Shown: positions 9,332-19,582, numbered from the stretch's first letter. The stretch is DNA of 64,000 nucleotides from an uncultured Thermoplasmata archaeon (GCA_964394465.1 CAYMXS010000006.1:5836-69835), one strand, 5' to 3'. The notes: generated from the sequence alone by a model not told the origin. Translations and numbers: made by a program.

Positions 9332-10321
9332 TCAGTAGCCCCTTTCAATATCTACAGAGTTCACTTCTTCACCCACCTCTAATCTATTCAGTATATCAGC
9401 CAGGTCTTTAGCCCTCCTTTCTTCCCTTCCTTCAACATGAGAAGAGCGGTGCGGACTGAATATGACGTTATCGAACTCATCTAGATCGTAATTGGACGGG
9501 AACGTATCCTTTCTAGAATCCTTGTCGGGATATATCCACCAGGTGTCTAGAGCTACGCCTCCCAGCTTCCCGTTCTCTAAGGCGTTATACAAGGCCTCTT
9601 CATCTATCACCGGACCTCTGCCAACGTTGACTATATGGACGTCTTCTTTCATCATCTCGAATTCACTTTTATCGAGGTATCCCCTTGTTTCCTCCGTCTC
9701 TGGTAATGTAACTATGATGAAATCCGCCTCCGGTAATACATCTTTTAAGTCTTCGTTGGTACCCAAAAAATCTACCAGGTCGTTATCATCGTAGGTCCGT
9801 TTTATCGCGCTGATGTTCAGCCCGAAACATCTCGCTCTCTCAGCTATATTCTTACCTATATTACCGAAGCCCAGGATGAGTAAATTTTTGTCCATCAATG
9901 TCTGGCTCCACCAGTGTTCGTATCTGGGTGTCCAGTCACCCTCCTTTAACTTTTCATGTATGGGTATCAGTCTCTTCACGGAGGCTAGTAACAGTGCCAG
10001 GGCGTGTTCAGCCACGAACTCCGCGTTGAAATGAGAATTTATGACCTCGATCTCGGGAAAATCCTTGAAGAGTTTTTTGTCCTCTGAAGGTATCCCAGCG
10101 AAGGGTATGATGAAGTAGTCCAGGTCTTTCGCGTTCTCCAAGAACTCTCGGGGCATCCTAGCTCCTATAACTGCATCGAACTCATGAGCCCTTTGGATGA
10201 GCTCGTCTTTCTTATCCTTGGAGATCTCAACCAGGTCGATCTCATCCTTCAACTCCTCCTTCAGTATACCACTGGCCTCCTCTTTGAAGGGGTTCACGTG
10301 CAGCACTTTCATATTGATCAC
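9332..10321 (-). CDS. D-isomer-specific 2-hydroxyacid dehydrogenase family protein (NAD-binding)
   Basis: Rossmann motif GFGNIGKNIAERARCFGLNI. Catalytic-domain layout as in PGDH/glyoxylate reductase. 4-nt overlap with the downstream gene. Confidence 0.85.
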   Translation of the reverse strand: MINMKVLHVNPFKEEASGILKEELKDEIDLVEISKDKKDELIQRAHEFDAVIGARMPREFLENAKDLDYFIIPFAGIPSEDKKLFKDFPEIEVINSHFNAEFVAEHALALLLASVKRLIPIHEKLKEGDWTPRYEHWWSQTLMDKNLLILGFGNIGKNIAERARCFGLNISAIKRTYDDNDLVDFLGTNEDLKDVLPEADFIIVTLPETEETRGYLDKSEFEMMKEDVHIVNVGRGPVIDEEALYNALENGKLGGVALDTWWIYPDKDSRKDTFPSNYDLDEFDNVIFSPHRSSHVEGREERRAKDLADILNRLEVGEEVNSVDIERGY

Positions 10322-10827
10322 CTATCGCTTCGAGTCTTTTTACTTTTCGGGATCATTATCCTTTCTTCGTCCCGGCCAAAGACCCTATGATCGTCCAGAT
10401 GAAAAGACCGTGCGGCTAAAGCGCATAGGTAGGCGTCGTATTCATGCTCGTTCTGGTACCTTTCATCTTTATCTTGTTCCCTTAATTCTAAAGCCTTCTC
10501 CACCGCCCTTGGGTAGGTCTCTATTATCTTCACATCTAGATCTATCTTATTCTTTATCCCTTCAGCCCTCTCGATCAACCTTTCCATTCCGGGCGTATTC
10601 AAGGGCAAGATAGGACCTAACCCTTCCTCGATAAGTTCTCTTTCCGCGTCTCTGAAAGCTTCACTCGACTCGGTTAGAGGCGCATCTATGGCTACGACCT
10701 CTGCTCCGTCCGTCAGTTCTAAGATCTGCTTATCGGTATTCACGGTGTAAGTCTCAATACTATCATTCAATATGCATATGCCAGAAGGATTTTCTTCCTT
10801 CGCCGCCAGGTCTATACCAAGATACAT
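10318..10827 (-). CDS. DUF429-like predicted RNase-H-fold nuclease
   Basis: N-terminal MYLGIDLA...G and AIDAPL motifs typical of DUF429/COG2410. Confidence 0.5.
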   Translation of the reverse strand: MYLGIDLAAKEENPSGICILNDSIETYTVNTDKQILELTDGAEVVAIDAPLTESSEAFRDAERELIEEGLGPILPLNTPGMERLIERAEGIKNKIDLDVKIIETYPRAVEKALELREQDKDERYQNEHEYDAYLCALAARSFHLDDHRVFGRDEERIMIPKSKKTRSDR

Positions 10828-11405
10828 CGTGAGTCAAAACCGCTCAGGTGCTTAATAAAATAGATGGTGCAACTCCTCCAGATCCACTTTCACCCCTATC
10901 CCACACCGGTTAAACCACTTTTACTCACCCCCCTTGCCTTGACCCTTTTAAATAAGGACCTACTTTGTAATATCGTGATGCACATGAAAGAAGAAGACGC
11001 TCACTACAGCTGGAAAGAAGTATACAGAAGGTACGGGTGCGACACCCGTTATGAAGAGTAGTTGAAGAACTCAACCTCAAAGATCCTCCCAAAGGTGGAT
11101 TTTTCGGGCTTTCGGGGCTTGCGATAAGGTGGGTTGGGGTTCCTCTACCCCAACCTTTCATCCACCTGGAGAAAATATATTCCCCTGACTTGTTTTTATA
11201 CATTTATCAATACTCTCTTTTATCGATGAGCTCAACTATTATCTAATAAAAAAGAAAAGCAGGAAAAGTTTAATGTATAACCTCCTAATATGAGCACGAA
11301 TACAAAAGATCTCGGGTCATCTCCGAGATAGGTATCTGATAGATTATACCACAACATTTAATTAGATGAGTTTAAATTACCCGAGAAAAATTTTGAGGTG
11401 GTACG

Positions 11406-11678
11406 ATGAGCGTTGATGAAGAATTGGAGTCAATCTGTAACATGATGGACCAGATAAAGGAAGACGATTCAGTCCCCAGGAATATACGGAACGGAGCCGA
11501 AGAGTGTAAGGAGATGCTTTTAGAGTCAGATGATGAATTGGACGTAAGGATAGCATCATCTATCTTCAAGCTTGAAGACCTAGCTGACGATCCGAATCTA
11601 CCCCTGCACGGTAGAACGTTGATTTGGAACGTTATAAGTCAGCTGGAGTCCGTGAAGGAAGAAAATAACAACCATTAG
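11406..11678 (+). CDS. UPF0147 family small protein
   Basis: 90 aa. Contains SVPRNIRNGAEE and DPNLPLHGRTLIWNVISQLE, resembling the conserved UPF0147 core. SD GAGGTGG upstream. Confidence 0.6.
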   Translation: MSVDEELESICNMMDQIKEDDSVPRNIRNGAEECKEMLLESDDELDVRIASSIFKLEDLADDPNLPLHGRTLIWNVISQLESVKEENNNH

Positions 11679-11694
11679 TCCTTATTTTTTCTTT

Positions 11695-13212
11695 TCAGCC
11701 TTCCTCTTCAAGGTATTCTTCAAATCCTTTTTTTCCTTTCACTAGATCATCTAAAGTTTCTTTTAGCTGGGAAATGGGAACTCTGATCTGCTCAGAAGTA
11801 TCTATGTCTCTTATGGTCAAGGTGTCGTCTTCCATGGTGTCGTAATCCACTGTCAGGCAGTAAGATGTGCCTATCTCGTCGTTTCTGGCGTACCTTTTCC
11901 CTATGGAACCGCTCTTCTCCCACTTGGCTCTGAAGTCGTCCCTCAAGAGTTCGAATACCTCTCTCGATTTTTCAGGCAGTCCGTCCTTTCGGACCAATGG
12001 GAACACTGCGACCTGGAATGGGGCTATACTGTCTGGAAAATCCAGCCAGTCTCTATCGTTCGAATGGTAACCCGTTTCTAGTAAAGCCCAAACGTTCCTA
12101 TCCACGCCGAAACTCAGTTCCATAACGTGGGGTATCTTCCTGCCTTCATCCGTGGGTATGGACATCTTATCGCCGGATTCATCCTGATGTTTCCTGAGGT
12201 CGTAATCTCCCCTGTAATGGAGTCCTGTGATCTCCTTCCAGCCTCCGAGAGATTCCAGTTCAACCTCCAGATCGAAATGTATCTTGTTGTAGAACGCCTT
12301 CTCGTCGTCCCCAAGTTCTCTCAACCTGATCTTTTCCTGATCCAGATCCATCCTATGGATGTAGAAACTGTACATCTCCACCAGGTGGTACAGATAGAAT
12401 ATGGGTAGGTCGTTCAGTTCCCTATCCAGTTCGTCCACTTCTATCTTCCTTTCTTCATCCCAATCAGGCCTCTGGATGTTGACCTCCATCCCCTTCTTCT
12501 CTTTGTCCATCTCCTCGTAACGTTCCTGGAAGATCTCTTTGTGGATCTCTGGTAAGAAGAATATCTGCAGCTCGGCCTGCTCGAACTCCCTTAGGCGGTA
12601 AACACCCTGCCTGGGTGAGATCTCATTCCTGAAGACTCTGCCTACAGTTGCCAACCCAAGTGGCATCTTCTTTCGTAGGGCTCTGAACTCCCTCCTGAAG
12701 TTGATGTAGGTGCCCTGGGCCGTTTCAGGTCTGAGAAAACCGGAGTTCTTGCCCTTGGTCCCCAGTTGTACGGGGAACATCATGTTGAAGTCGACTGGAT
12801 CGGAGAACTCTCCGCCGCAGTTGGGGCAGGAAAGATCAAGTTCCATTATCTTATCTTTTATCTCTTCCTTGCCCATCCATTCTGCGTTCTCACCCGTCTC
12901 CCCCTCGATGAGATGGTCTCCCCTGTAGGATGTCCCGCACCGCTCGCACTCTATGAGTATATCGGAGAAATGATCGACATGGCCAGAGGCGTCCAAAACC
13001 CTGTGAGGCAGGATGTTAGGGGTGTATATCATGTGATAGTTCTCATCCAGGCTTAAAAAGTGGTCCTTCCATTCCTCCTCCCAGCTGTCCTTCAAAGCCG
13101 CGCCCAGATGACCGTAATCGTAGAAACCGGATTCTCCGCCGTAAATCTCTGAAGACTGCCAGATAAAGCCCCTCCTCTTACAGAGAGACTCAAGTTCTTC
13201 CTTTTCTACCAT
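11695..13212 (-). CDS. glyS: glycyl-tRNA synthetase (archaeal/eukaryal dimeric type)
   Basis: N-terminal RRGFIWQSSEIYGG.SGFYDYGHLG, class-II motifs and C-terminal anticodon-binding domain. 505 aa. Confidence 0.9.
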   Translation of the reverse strand: MVEKEELESLCKRRGFIWQSSEIYGGESGFYDYGHLGAALKDSWEEEWKDHFLSLDENYHMIYTPNILPHRVLDASGHVDHFSDILIECERCGTSYRGDHLIEGETGENAEWMGKEEIKDKIMELDLSCPNCGGEFSDPVDFNMMFPVQLGTKGKNSGFLRPETAQGTYINFRREFRALRKKMPLGLATVGRVFRNEISPRQGVYRLREFEQAELQIFFLPEIHKEIFQERYEEMDKEKKGMEVNIQRPDWDEERKIEVDELDRELNDLPIFYLYHLVEMYSFYIHRMDLDQEKIRLRELGDDEKAFYNKIHFDLEVELESLGGWKEITGLHYRGDYDLRKHQDESGDKMSIPTDEGRKIPHVMELSFGVDRNVWALLETGYHSNDRDWLDFPDSIAPFQVAVFPLVRKDGLPEKSREVFELLRDDFRAKWEKSGSIGKRYARNDEIGTSYCLTVDYDTMEDDTLTIRDIDTSEQIRVPISQLKETLDDLVKGKKGFEEYLEEEG

Positions 13213-13233
13213 CTTCTGACCTCTATATTGATT

Positions 13234-14088
13234 CTATAGAATAGCCTCGATCAGGTCTAACTCGTAGACCATGGCCTCTAGATTATCGAGTTCATCCACT
13301 ATCGGGAGTTGTCCGAAGTCGTTCCTCATCATCAAGCGGGCGGCCTCGGAAACCGAAGTCTTATCGTAGACGGAAAGTGGGTCCTCTATCATGACCTCTT
13401 TTACCGTCACTTTGGGCAGTTCGATCTTGGATTCCTCGTAATAAAGTTTCATCACGTTCTTGAGGCCCTGCCAAGACCACTTGTCTTCGTTCTCTTCCAG
13501 CCCCAATTCCGATATGGCTATGTCGGCGCTTATCTCTGTCAGGTTGAACAGGTCTCGATCAGTGATTATGCCCTCCAGGCGGGTCTCGTCATCCACGACC
13601 GGGAAGGCATAGATGCCGGTCAGCGACATCATCTGGACCGCCACCTGGATAGGTGTCCCATCGTATAGGGGGATACACTGTCTACGGACCACTTCTTCCA
13701 CTGGCTTGTCGATGTTTTTCTCCTCGATATAAGAGAGCATATCAGCCGTGGTCAGTATACCAACGCAGTCCTCGCCGTTGTTTCCACCCTTGACGGGAAG
13801 GTAGTGTATATTCTTCTCGATGAAAAGCCGGGCGGCCTCTTCCACGGAGTGGTCAACCGTTATGCTGGGCCAGTTCTTGTTGTAGAGAAGGACCAGTTGG
13901 TCTTCATTTGGATTATCGAAGAAATCCTTCCTGGTTATCATGCCCTTAAGCTTCTCATCTTTGACAACGGGCATACCCGTCAGTTTGTTCTTTACCATCT
14001 TGTGTAGGACGTCTCTCCTGTTGCCCGGTAGTTCCGCTACAACCGGGTCAGGGGTCATCAGGTCTTCAACTTTTTTTTCTTCGCTCAT
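13234..14088 (-). CDS. CBS-domain protein (four CBS repeats)
   Basis: Repeated CBS-like segments (e.g. TPDPVVAELPGNRRDVLHKMVKNKLTGMPVV). Confidence 0.75.
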   Translation of the reverse strand: MSEEKKVEDLMTPDPVVAELPGNRRDVLHKMVKNKLTGMPVVKDEKLKGMITRKDFFDNPNEDQLVLLYNKNWPSITVDHSVEEAARLFIEKNIHYLPVKGGNNGEDCVGILTTADMLSYIEEKNIDKPVEEVVRRQCIPLYDGTPIQVAVQMMSLTGIYAFPVVDDETRLEGIITDRDLFNLTEISADIAISELGLEENEDKWSWQGLKNVMKLYYEESKIELPKVTVKEVMIEDPLSVYDKTSVSEAARLMMRNDFGQLPIVDELDNLEAMVYELDLIEAIL

Positions 14089-14531
14089 CGTGTATCCTCC
14101 TCTTTTATACGAATGACCATGACGGGGCAGTTAGATTTTCTTATGACCTTGTCAGCGGTGCTACCCATGAATAAACGGGACAATCCAGTCCTGCTGTGGG
14201 TCCCCATGACTATCAGGTCATCTTCTTTGGATTCCTCAGCGATCACATCCGAGGGATGTCCCTGCTTGATCATCTTCTCTATCTCGATGCCCTCTTCTTT
14301 GGCCTCTTCCTCTATCCTGTCTAAGACCTTCTTGCCCTCTTTCTCCATGTAGGATTCCAAAGAGGTTATCAGATCATCAGGGGGTATCTGTGATATCGGA
14401 GCCGTATCGACAACAAATATGATCTTCATCCCCACGTCCAAGAGCTTGGCCATGGAGAATCCTTTTTTTATGACCACATTGTTCTCCTCTGAGCCGTCAG
14501 TCGGTACCAATATTCGATTGTATTCTTCCAT
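14085..14531 (-). CDS. universal stress protein (UspA family)
   Basis: ILVPTDGSE ... ATP-binding region VMGTHSRTGLSRLFMGSTADKVIRKSNCPVMVI. Confidence 0.8.
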   Translation of the reverse strand: MEEYNRILVPTDGSEENNVVIKKGFSMAKLLDVGMKIIFVVDTAPISQIPPDDLITSLESYMEKEGKKVLDRIEEEAKEEGIEIEKMIKQGHPSDVIAEESKEDDLIVMGTHSRTGLSRLFMGSTADKVIRKSNCPVMVIRIKEEDTR

Positions 14532-14535
14532 CTTA

Positions 14536-15597
14536 TCACTTCGGTTTTCTCACAGTCTGCAAAATATCATACACGTTGGTTTTTGTTACCACATTATATG
14601 CCGGGTTTCCCTCTCTATGTCTCAAGATCAGGTAGTCCGTGACTTCATCCTGCTCACCCTCTAAATCGGAAGAGAGATTTAAATATTTTCGTGGGTTCCA
14701 GGTCGCCATCATGAGTACTTCTTCCGCATCTATACCTCCGTTCATCCTGGCGACTCTATAGGCTGTTTCCATCTCCCTCAACATGTTCGGACTGCAGAGC
14801 ATCGCGTTGTCCGTCCCCAAACATAGGTCCACACCTGCATCCACCATCTTCGGAATATCCGGAAACTTTCTGAAATACAGGTTCGAACGGGGACAGAGCA
14901 CTATAGGAACATCTTTCTCAGCACATAGTTCTAGGTCCTCTTTAGTTGCCTCCAACATATGTACCAGATGATGTACAGAGAGGTCCAGAACATCAGCGAT
15001 GGGTTCTCTCTCAGCCTCCGAGCAATGGAGTGAAAAAGGTTTGCCCTTCTTCTTTGTCTCCTCAGATATCCTCTTGATCTGAGAATCGTCCCAATCCCGG
15101 TAGGAACTGAGACCGACACCGTCTGAGAGTGAAAGGATCTTGTTGAGTTCCCAGCTATCATATTTCTCCCCGGGGGGTCTAGACATGATACGCGGCCTGA
15201 TACCGGTTTCGGATTCGAACTCGGAAAGGGCCTCTTTCAATACATTCACCCCTTCTACTCCTCTCTCCCGGAAATCTATGAAATCGAATACTCCACTATT
15301 CACCATATCTGAGAAGTAGCCTTTCATCGCCTGTTTCTTCTTCTCGGCTTTCGTCTGGGAAAGAACTTCCTGCTTTACACCGCCGGGTCCAACTACTTTT
15401 TCTAAACTGCCCTCCGGGACCTCCTGAAAAACGGAGTCCCCCACGTGGGTATGAGCATTGAAAAGAGACGGTATGATTATCGCATCTTCTCCTCCATCTC
15501 CACCTTCTTCATACTCCACTATCTCCTGATACTCCACTCTTATCTCACCCTGAACGAAGCCTTCTTCAGTGAGGAAAGGGCCGCTGTAAGTCTTCAT
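14536..15597 (-). CDS. amidohydrolase-family metal-dependent hydrolase
   Basis: HxH metal-binding motif (NAHTHVGDS), later His/Asp ligands (HCSE..., LGTDNAML). TIM-barrel amidohydrolase pattern. Confidence 0.65.
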   Translation of the reverse strand: MKTYSGPFLTEEGFVQGEIRVEYQEIVEYEEGGDGGEDAIIIPSLFNAHTHVGDSVFQEVPEGSLEKVVGPGGVKQEVLSQTKAEKKKQAMKGYFSDMVNSGVFDFIDFRERGVEGVNVLKEALSEFESETGIRPRIMSRPPGEKYDSWELNKILSLSDGVGLSSYRDWDDSQIKRISEETKKKGKPFSLHCSEAEREPIADVLDLSVHHLVHMLEATKEDLELCAEKDVPIVLCPRSNLYFRKFPDIPKMVDAGVDLCLGTDNAMLCSPNMLREMETAYRVARMNGGIDAEEVLMMATWNPRKYLNLSSDLEGEQDEVTDYLILRHREGNPAYNVVTKTNVYDILQTVRKPK

Positions 15598-15668
15598 AGA
15601 ATCTCAAATCCCATTAAAGAGTAAATAAGTTTCCCTCCCATCCGATAGGCAATTATTACTTATCATAA

Positions 15669-16694
15669 CTATAATAGATTACCACCTTTATCCCAAACGT
15701 ACACTTCGCCGTCATCGGTCTCCGCCACGACTATATCTTCACCCTCTACTTCACCCACGGCAACGCCCCCTACCTGCCCTTTAGGTTCTTTACCTACCCA
15801 CAGGAGATCACCGGATTCATCCCACACATAAACTCTACCGTCAGCGGAGCCGGCCACTACGACTTCATGGTCGCCCAGTTTTCCCAGGGTTACACCGTTG
15901 ACCTCCTTTATTGGTTCCGTACCTCTCCAGATGAGTCTGCCGAAGACGTCCCACATATAGACGCTCTTGTCAGAGGAAGCTCCTACCACGGCTTCGTAGC
16001 CCGCTATGGTACCGACATCTACTCCATTGACCGCGTCCTTGGGCTCATCCGCCGACCAGAGCAGATTGCCCATCTCGTCCCAGACGTAGACATGGGCATC
16101 GGCAGAACCTCCGACCACTACATTAACGCCGCCCAGCCTTCCTATAGCAACTCCTATTACAGCAAGGGTCGGCTCGTCAGCCCTCCACAACAGCCGGCCG
16201 TCCTTCGCCCAGACGAAAACTTCAAGACCGGCTCCGACCACGACCTCCGTGTCACCTAGAACTCCGATGGCCACGCCGTTGATCCTAGTGGTAGGTTCCT
16301 CAGCGGACCAGAGCAGGTTCCCCATATCGTCCCACACGTAAACTTTTTCTTCGTGGGAACCCGAGGCTATGACGTTCTTTCCACCAAGCTTCCCCACAGC
16401 GACCCCACCCATACCACCGTGAGGGAGGCTCTCTTTCCATAGGAATTCACCCTGTCCCAGTGCTCTCAAGATGACGGGGACCATATCGACTCTATTGGAG
16501 AGACGCTCATAAACGACCTTTGCGTTCTCTCTGATCTTCTTTTTGTCGTTCCCCAGAGCCCCGATTACCGGGGGTATCACATCCTGTGGGTTTTGCACCC
16601 CAGCCTCCGTCAGTTTATCTACAGCTTCATCCCTCTTTGATCTCCAAAAACTACCCAATTGATCGATCAGCGCCTCGATTTCTTCGGATTCCAT
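15669..16694 (-). CDS. cytoplasmic HEAT-like plus PQQ-like beta-propeller repeat protein
   Basis: Seven ~40-aa repeats of V.GVA.G.LGG..VVVGGS.D..VYVWD..GNLLW. N-terminal PBS/HEAT-like helices. No signal peptide. Confidence 0.6.
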   Translation of the reverse strand: MESEEIEALIDQLGSFWRSKRDEAVDKLTEAGVQNPQDVIPPVIGALGNDKKKIRENAKVVYERLSNRVDMVPVILRALGQGEFLWKESLPHGGMGGVAVGKLGGKNVIASGSHEEKVYVWDDMGNLLWSAEEPTTRINGVAIGVLGDTEVVVGAGLEVFVWAKDGRLLWRADEPTLAVIGVAIGRLGGVNVVVGGSADAHVYVWDEMGNLLWSADEPKDAVNGVDVGTIAGYEAVVGASSDKSVYMWDVFGRLIWRGTEPIKEVNGVTLGKLGDHEVVVAGSADGRVYVWDESGDLLWVGKEPKGQVGGVAVGEVEGEDIVVAETDDGEVYVWDKGGNLL

Positions 16695-16826
16695 CGTAGT
16701 AGTATCTGGTTTCTATAAAAAAAATTTTTCTTTAATTAGACCATCTCCGCACCTTTTCGAATGTCTAGTAGATACATCTCAACCTAAATCAAAAGACATA
16801 TATCTTTCTTTCTAATATAAAGGACG

Positions 16827-17843
16827 ATGAAAAGATTGGTATCTATATTGACCTGCGTGATGATATCTATATCAGTGATCGGTGTGGCCGCAGGAGACTC
16901 TGGAGTGATCAATCCCAGGTCCAAGATCAGCGAACCAGACCAGAAAGCTGTAATCGGATGGAACGGGACCCATGAAAAACTGATCTTGAGCACTAATTTC
17001 ACTCATGAAGCAGACGAAAAGATACAGGCAGTCAGAGTCATACCGTTCCCTTCTCTGCCCTACGTGAAGCAAAGCCATGAAAAGATTTTTGAGAAGGTGG
17101 ACGAGATAGTAAAAGACCTGACGGAAACGACTAAAATAGAAAGGTTTAACACTCAAGGTTTTCAAGGAACTAACGGGGTAAAAATCGAGTGGAAAGCTGA
17201 CATAGCTAGTCACAATCTTACTGCCTATAGAGTCAATTCCCCTAAAGAGTTTAGTGAGATCGTGAGAGAGAAATTCGAATCTATTCTATCTAAATCGTGG
17301 GAGATGGAGAACCCGATAGAAGAGGTCATAGATAATTACCTAGAAAGGGAACTGCAGTATTTTGTTATAGATATGGTAGATCTTGGTGATTCAGGGGGTC
17401 TAGCTGAGCCTCTCCTCTACGGATTCCAAACGGAAAGCCTGTACTATCCACTCCTTATCAGCAGTCTATCGGAAAGAGTTGATAGGATTGATTTAGCGAT
17501 CTTTTCCAAAAAACTGATAGATCCTGCAGGGTTCAAAGATTCCCATTTAAACATCGAATGCTATACCTGGCTCAGCAAGAGGCAAGTCAGGGACGTGTCT
17601 AAAGATATCTCAGAGATGTTCGATACAGGAATATTTGAAAGGGACAAAATCGCCTTTTCGTACTTCAGTAATGAGAAATACGATGAGGTGAGATACAGAG
17701 ATATAGTCACTTCCTCATATAAGGAAAATCCCAGAAGATTGAATGGACTCTCGGTCATAGCTTTATCGGTATTCCTCTGTTCTTCTTCCATCTTGGCCTG
17801 GTTCGATTTGAAATACAACAGCAGGGAAAAAGATGAAAGTTGA
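16827..17843 (+). CDS. hypothetical secreted protein with C-terminal TM anchor
   Basis: Signal peptide MKRLVSILTCVMISISVIGVAAG. C-terminal hydrophobic segment plus charged tail. 11-nt overlap with the next gene. Confidence 0.5.
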   Translation: MKRLVSILTCVMISISVIGVAAGDSGVINPRSKISEPDQKAVIGWNGTHEKLILSTNFTHEADEKIQAVRVIPFPSLPYVKQSHEKIFEKVDEIVKDLTETTKIERFNTQGFQGTNGVKIEWKADIASHNLTAYRVNSPKEFSEIVREKFESILSKSWEMENPIEEVIDNYLERELQYFVIDMVDLGDSGGLAEPLLYGFQTESLYYPLLISSLSERVDRIDLAIFSKKLIDPAGFKDSHLNIECYTWLSKRQVRDVSKDISEMFDTGIFERDKIAFSYFSNEKYDEVRYRDIVTSSYKENPRRLNGLSVIALSVFLCSSSILAWFDLKYNSREKDES

Positions 17844-18450
17844 GGGAAACATAAAAAAGTTCAAAGGTAGATTTCATAGATTCCATCTGCTCCCTATAGA
17901 ATTTTTCATAGTCCCTATATTCTTTTTTCTCCTCTTGAACGAATTTTTTAATTCCTTTTATAGCCATATCAATTTGATCTTTTTCTTCTCTTTTCTTTTT
18001 TTATTCAGTTTCATCAAAATACTCCTGTTTAGCGGTTTTAAGAATTTCTCCCTTCTAGAACATTATGAAAATTCGGGAATGTTGATCTATGCCGGTATAG
18101 CCACATCGATAGCCTTCTGTGTGCCTCTTTTTCTATCCCCAGTTTTATTTTTCAGTATAGATTATGGGTTCTCTATATATTTTTCTAGAGTTCATATGGT
18201 CACGGGCACTTCGATATGGGCACTATCATACGTCCTGCTCGGTTATTTGATCTACAAAACAAAATTAGAGAAAAAAGGGGTGTTATCAGTTGGTATGTTC
18301 GTTTACGGCCCTCTACTCGTCACCCTTGCATTTGGACGGTTCATCAGCATCTGTCTTCTTCTTCCTATAGTGAGTTTGATCTCCCTCCTGATGGTAATCA
18401 TCTCCATAGGTTGGGTCAACGAGAACTTTATCGAAGTGCCTATGAGTTAA
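17833..18450 (+). CDS. polytopic membrane protein (hypothetical)
   Basis: About 6 predicted TM helices. Overlaps the upstream gene. Confidence 0.45.
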   Translation: MKVEGNIKKFKGRFHRFHLLPIEFFIVPIFFFLLLNEFFNSFYSHINLIFFFSFLFLFSFIKILLFSGFKNFSLLEHYENSGMLIYAGIATSIAFCVPLFLSPVLFFSIDYGFSIYFSRVHMVTGTSIWALSYVLLGYLIYKTKLEKKGVLSVGMFVYGPLLVTLAFGRFISICLLLPIVSLISLLMVIISIGWVNENFIEVPMS

Positions 18451-18461
18451 AGTGAACAGAG

Positions 18462-19391
18462 TCATCGCTGAGACTCAGCCCTCTCAACAACACCTACCAC
18501 TTTTGTGATGGTTGTAGACCCAGTTAGATGATCTATAGTTATCCTGAGTTCTATCCTTTCTTGGTCCACACCAGCAGGTAGATACACGCCATCGAGTTCT
18601 AAACTTGCTTCGCCTGTACCATTAGTTATGATCGTGTTGTTTAGCCCGGCGCCTTCGATCTTCACGTCTAGATTGGCGATCGGCTCACCATCTTCATCGT
18701 AGACCCTGACAGTGAGTTCGGGTATAAGACTGGGTGTGACGGTCCCATTCGGCTCACCCTCATCACAGATTATCTTACCTGGCGGGTCTAACTCGGTCTC
18801 CACTTCCTCGACATGCGGTACTGGTAGGAGGGAACCTCTTATGTACCAACGGTCCTCTATCCTGTAAAGAACGCAGGTCTCGACATCATTTATCTGACCC
18901 CACCTCTCCCATTCAGCGGTGATATTCACCTTGGCTACATAGTAATCTTCTATATCCACTCCGAAGAAATCCTCGTATCCTCTGTTCGCCTTCTCTATCT
19001 CGGACTGGTTGTAAGAGCCCATCATCTCCTCTCTATATACTATCTCCCAGACCTCATAGCTTGATACCTTTACTGAGCTATTCTCGTACTCCTTCACCCT
19101 GTTCTGTTTCCATTCCTTAACCGCTTCTTTCTGGGTCTGGTTGAGATCTGACTTGAAAGGGGGATAGACCACGTCAAGGACGAGCGTTCCGTTCTTCTCG
19201 TTCACCCCTTCAACGAAGGTCCCTATGGTCTCCTCTGGAGTATTTTTCGGCTCCGGCTCTTTCATAACAGAATAGGCTATTATAGACGAGATGAGTAATA
19301 CAGATAAAACTGCAAAAACGACCGCTACTTTCAAGGGGTCCCGTTCAGCTGAACGGATCGACTCATCCTCTTCGTTGTCTTCATTTGCCAT
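18462..19391 (-). CDS. hypothetical N-terminally anchored membrane protein
   Basis: Acidic N-terminus, one TM helix (VAVVFAVLSVLLISSIIAYSV), then a large extracytoplasmic domain. TATA-like ctatataat ~45 nt upstream. Confidence 0.5.
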   Translation of the reverse strand: MANEDNEEDESIRSAERDPLKVAVVFAVLSVLLISSIIAYSVMKEPEPKNTPEETIGTFVEGVNEKNGTLVLDVVYPPFKSDLNQTQKEAVKEWKQNRVKEYENSSVKVSSYEVWEIVYREEMMGSYNQSEIEKANRGYEDFFGVDIEDYYVAKVNITAEWERWGQINDVETCVLYRIEDRWYIRGSLLPVPHVEEVETELDPPGKIICDEGEPNGTVTPSLIPELTVRVYDEDGEPIANLDVKIEGAGLNNTIITNGTGEASLELDGVYLPAGVDQERIELRITIDHLTGSTTITKVVGVVERAESQR

Positions 19392-19465
19392 ACTGGTTCC
19401 TCTGATTGACTATTGATTGTATCATCTAAATTATATAGTTTTGGTTATGGAACAAGTTCAAGTAT

Positions 19466-19476
19466 TGAAAAATAGA
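19466..19476 (-). terminator. T5 tract immediately after the tRNA 3' end
   Basis: Minus-strand sequence after the discriminator base reads tctatttttc. Confidence 0.35.
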
Positions 19477-19582
19477 CGCCGAGAGAGGGATTTGAACCCT
19501 CGAGGTGCAAGGCACCACGAGATTTACGGTCCCCTGAAGGGGAACTCCAATCTCGCGCCGTACCAGGCTAGGCTATCTCGGC
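19477..19582 (-). tRNA. tRNA-Ser (anticodon GGA) with a 21-nt intron at the canonical 37/38 position
   Basis: Manual fold of the minus strand. Acceptor stem GCCGAGA/TCTCGGC, discriminator G. D-arm GCC-TAGCCTGGTAC-GGC. Anticodon stem CGAGA/TCTCG with loop TTGGAG. Intron TTCCCCTTCAGGGGACCGTAA, with its own CCCC/GGGG hairpin. Long variable arm TGGTGCCTTGCACCTC. T-arm GAGGG-TTCAAAT-CCCTC. No encoded CCA. Confidence 0.75.

Noticed and set aside
10864-11203. 65-aa plus-strand and 92-aa minus-strand ORFs in the 578-bp intergenic region
   Set aside because: Gly/Pro/Ser-rich junk translations with no SD. The region is better explained as promoter or ncRNA space, although a short peptide (MHMKEEDAHYSWKEVYRRYGCDTRYEE) cannot be excluded.
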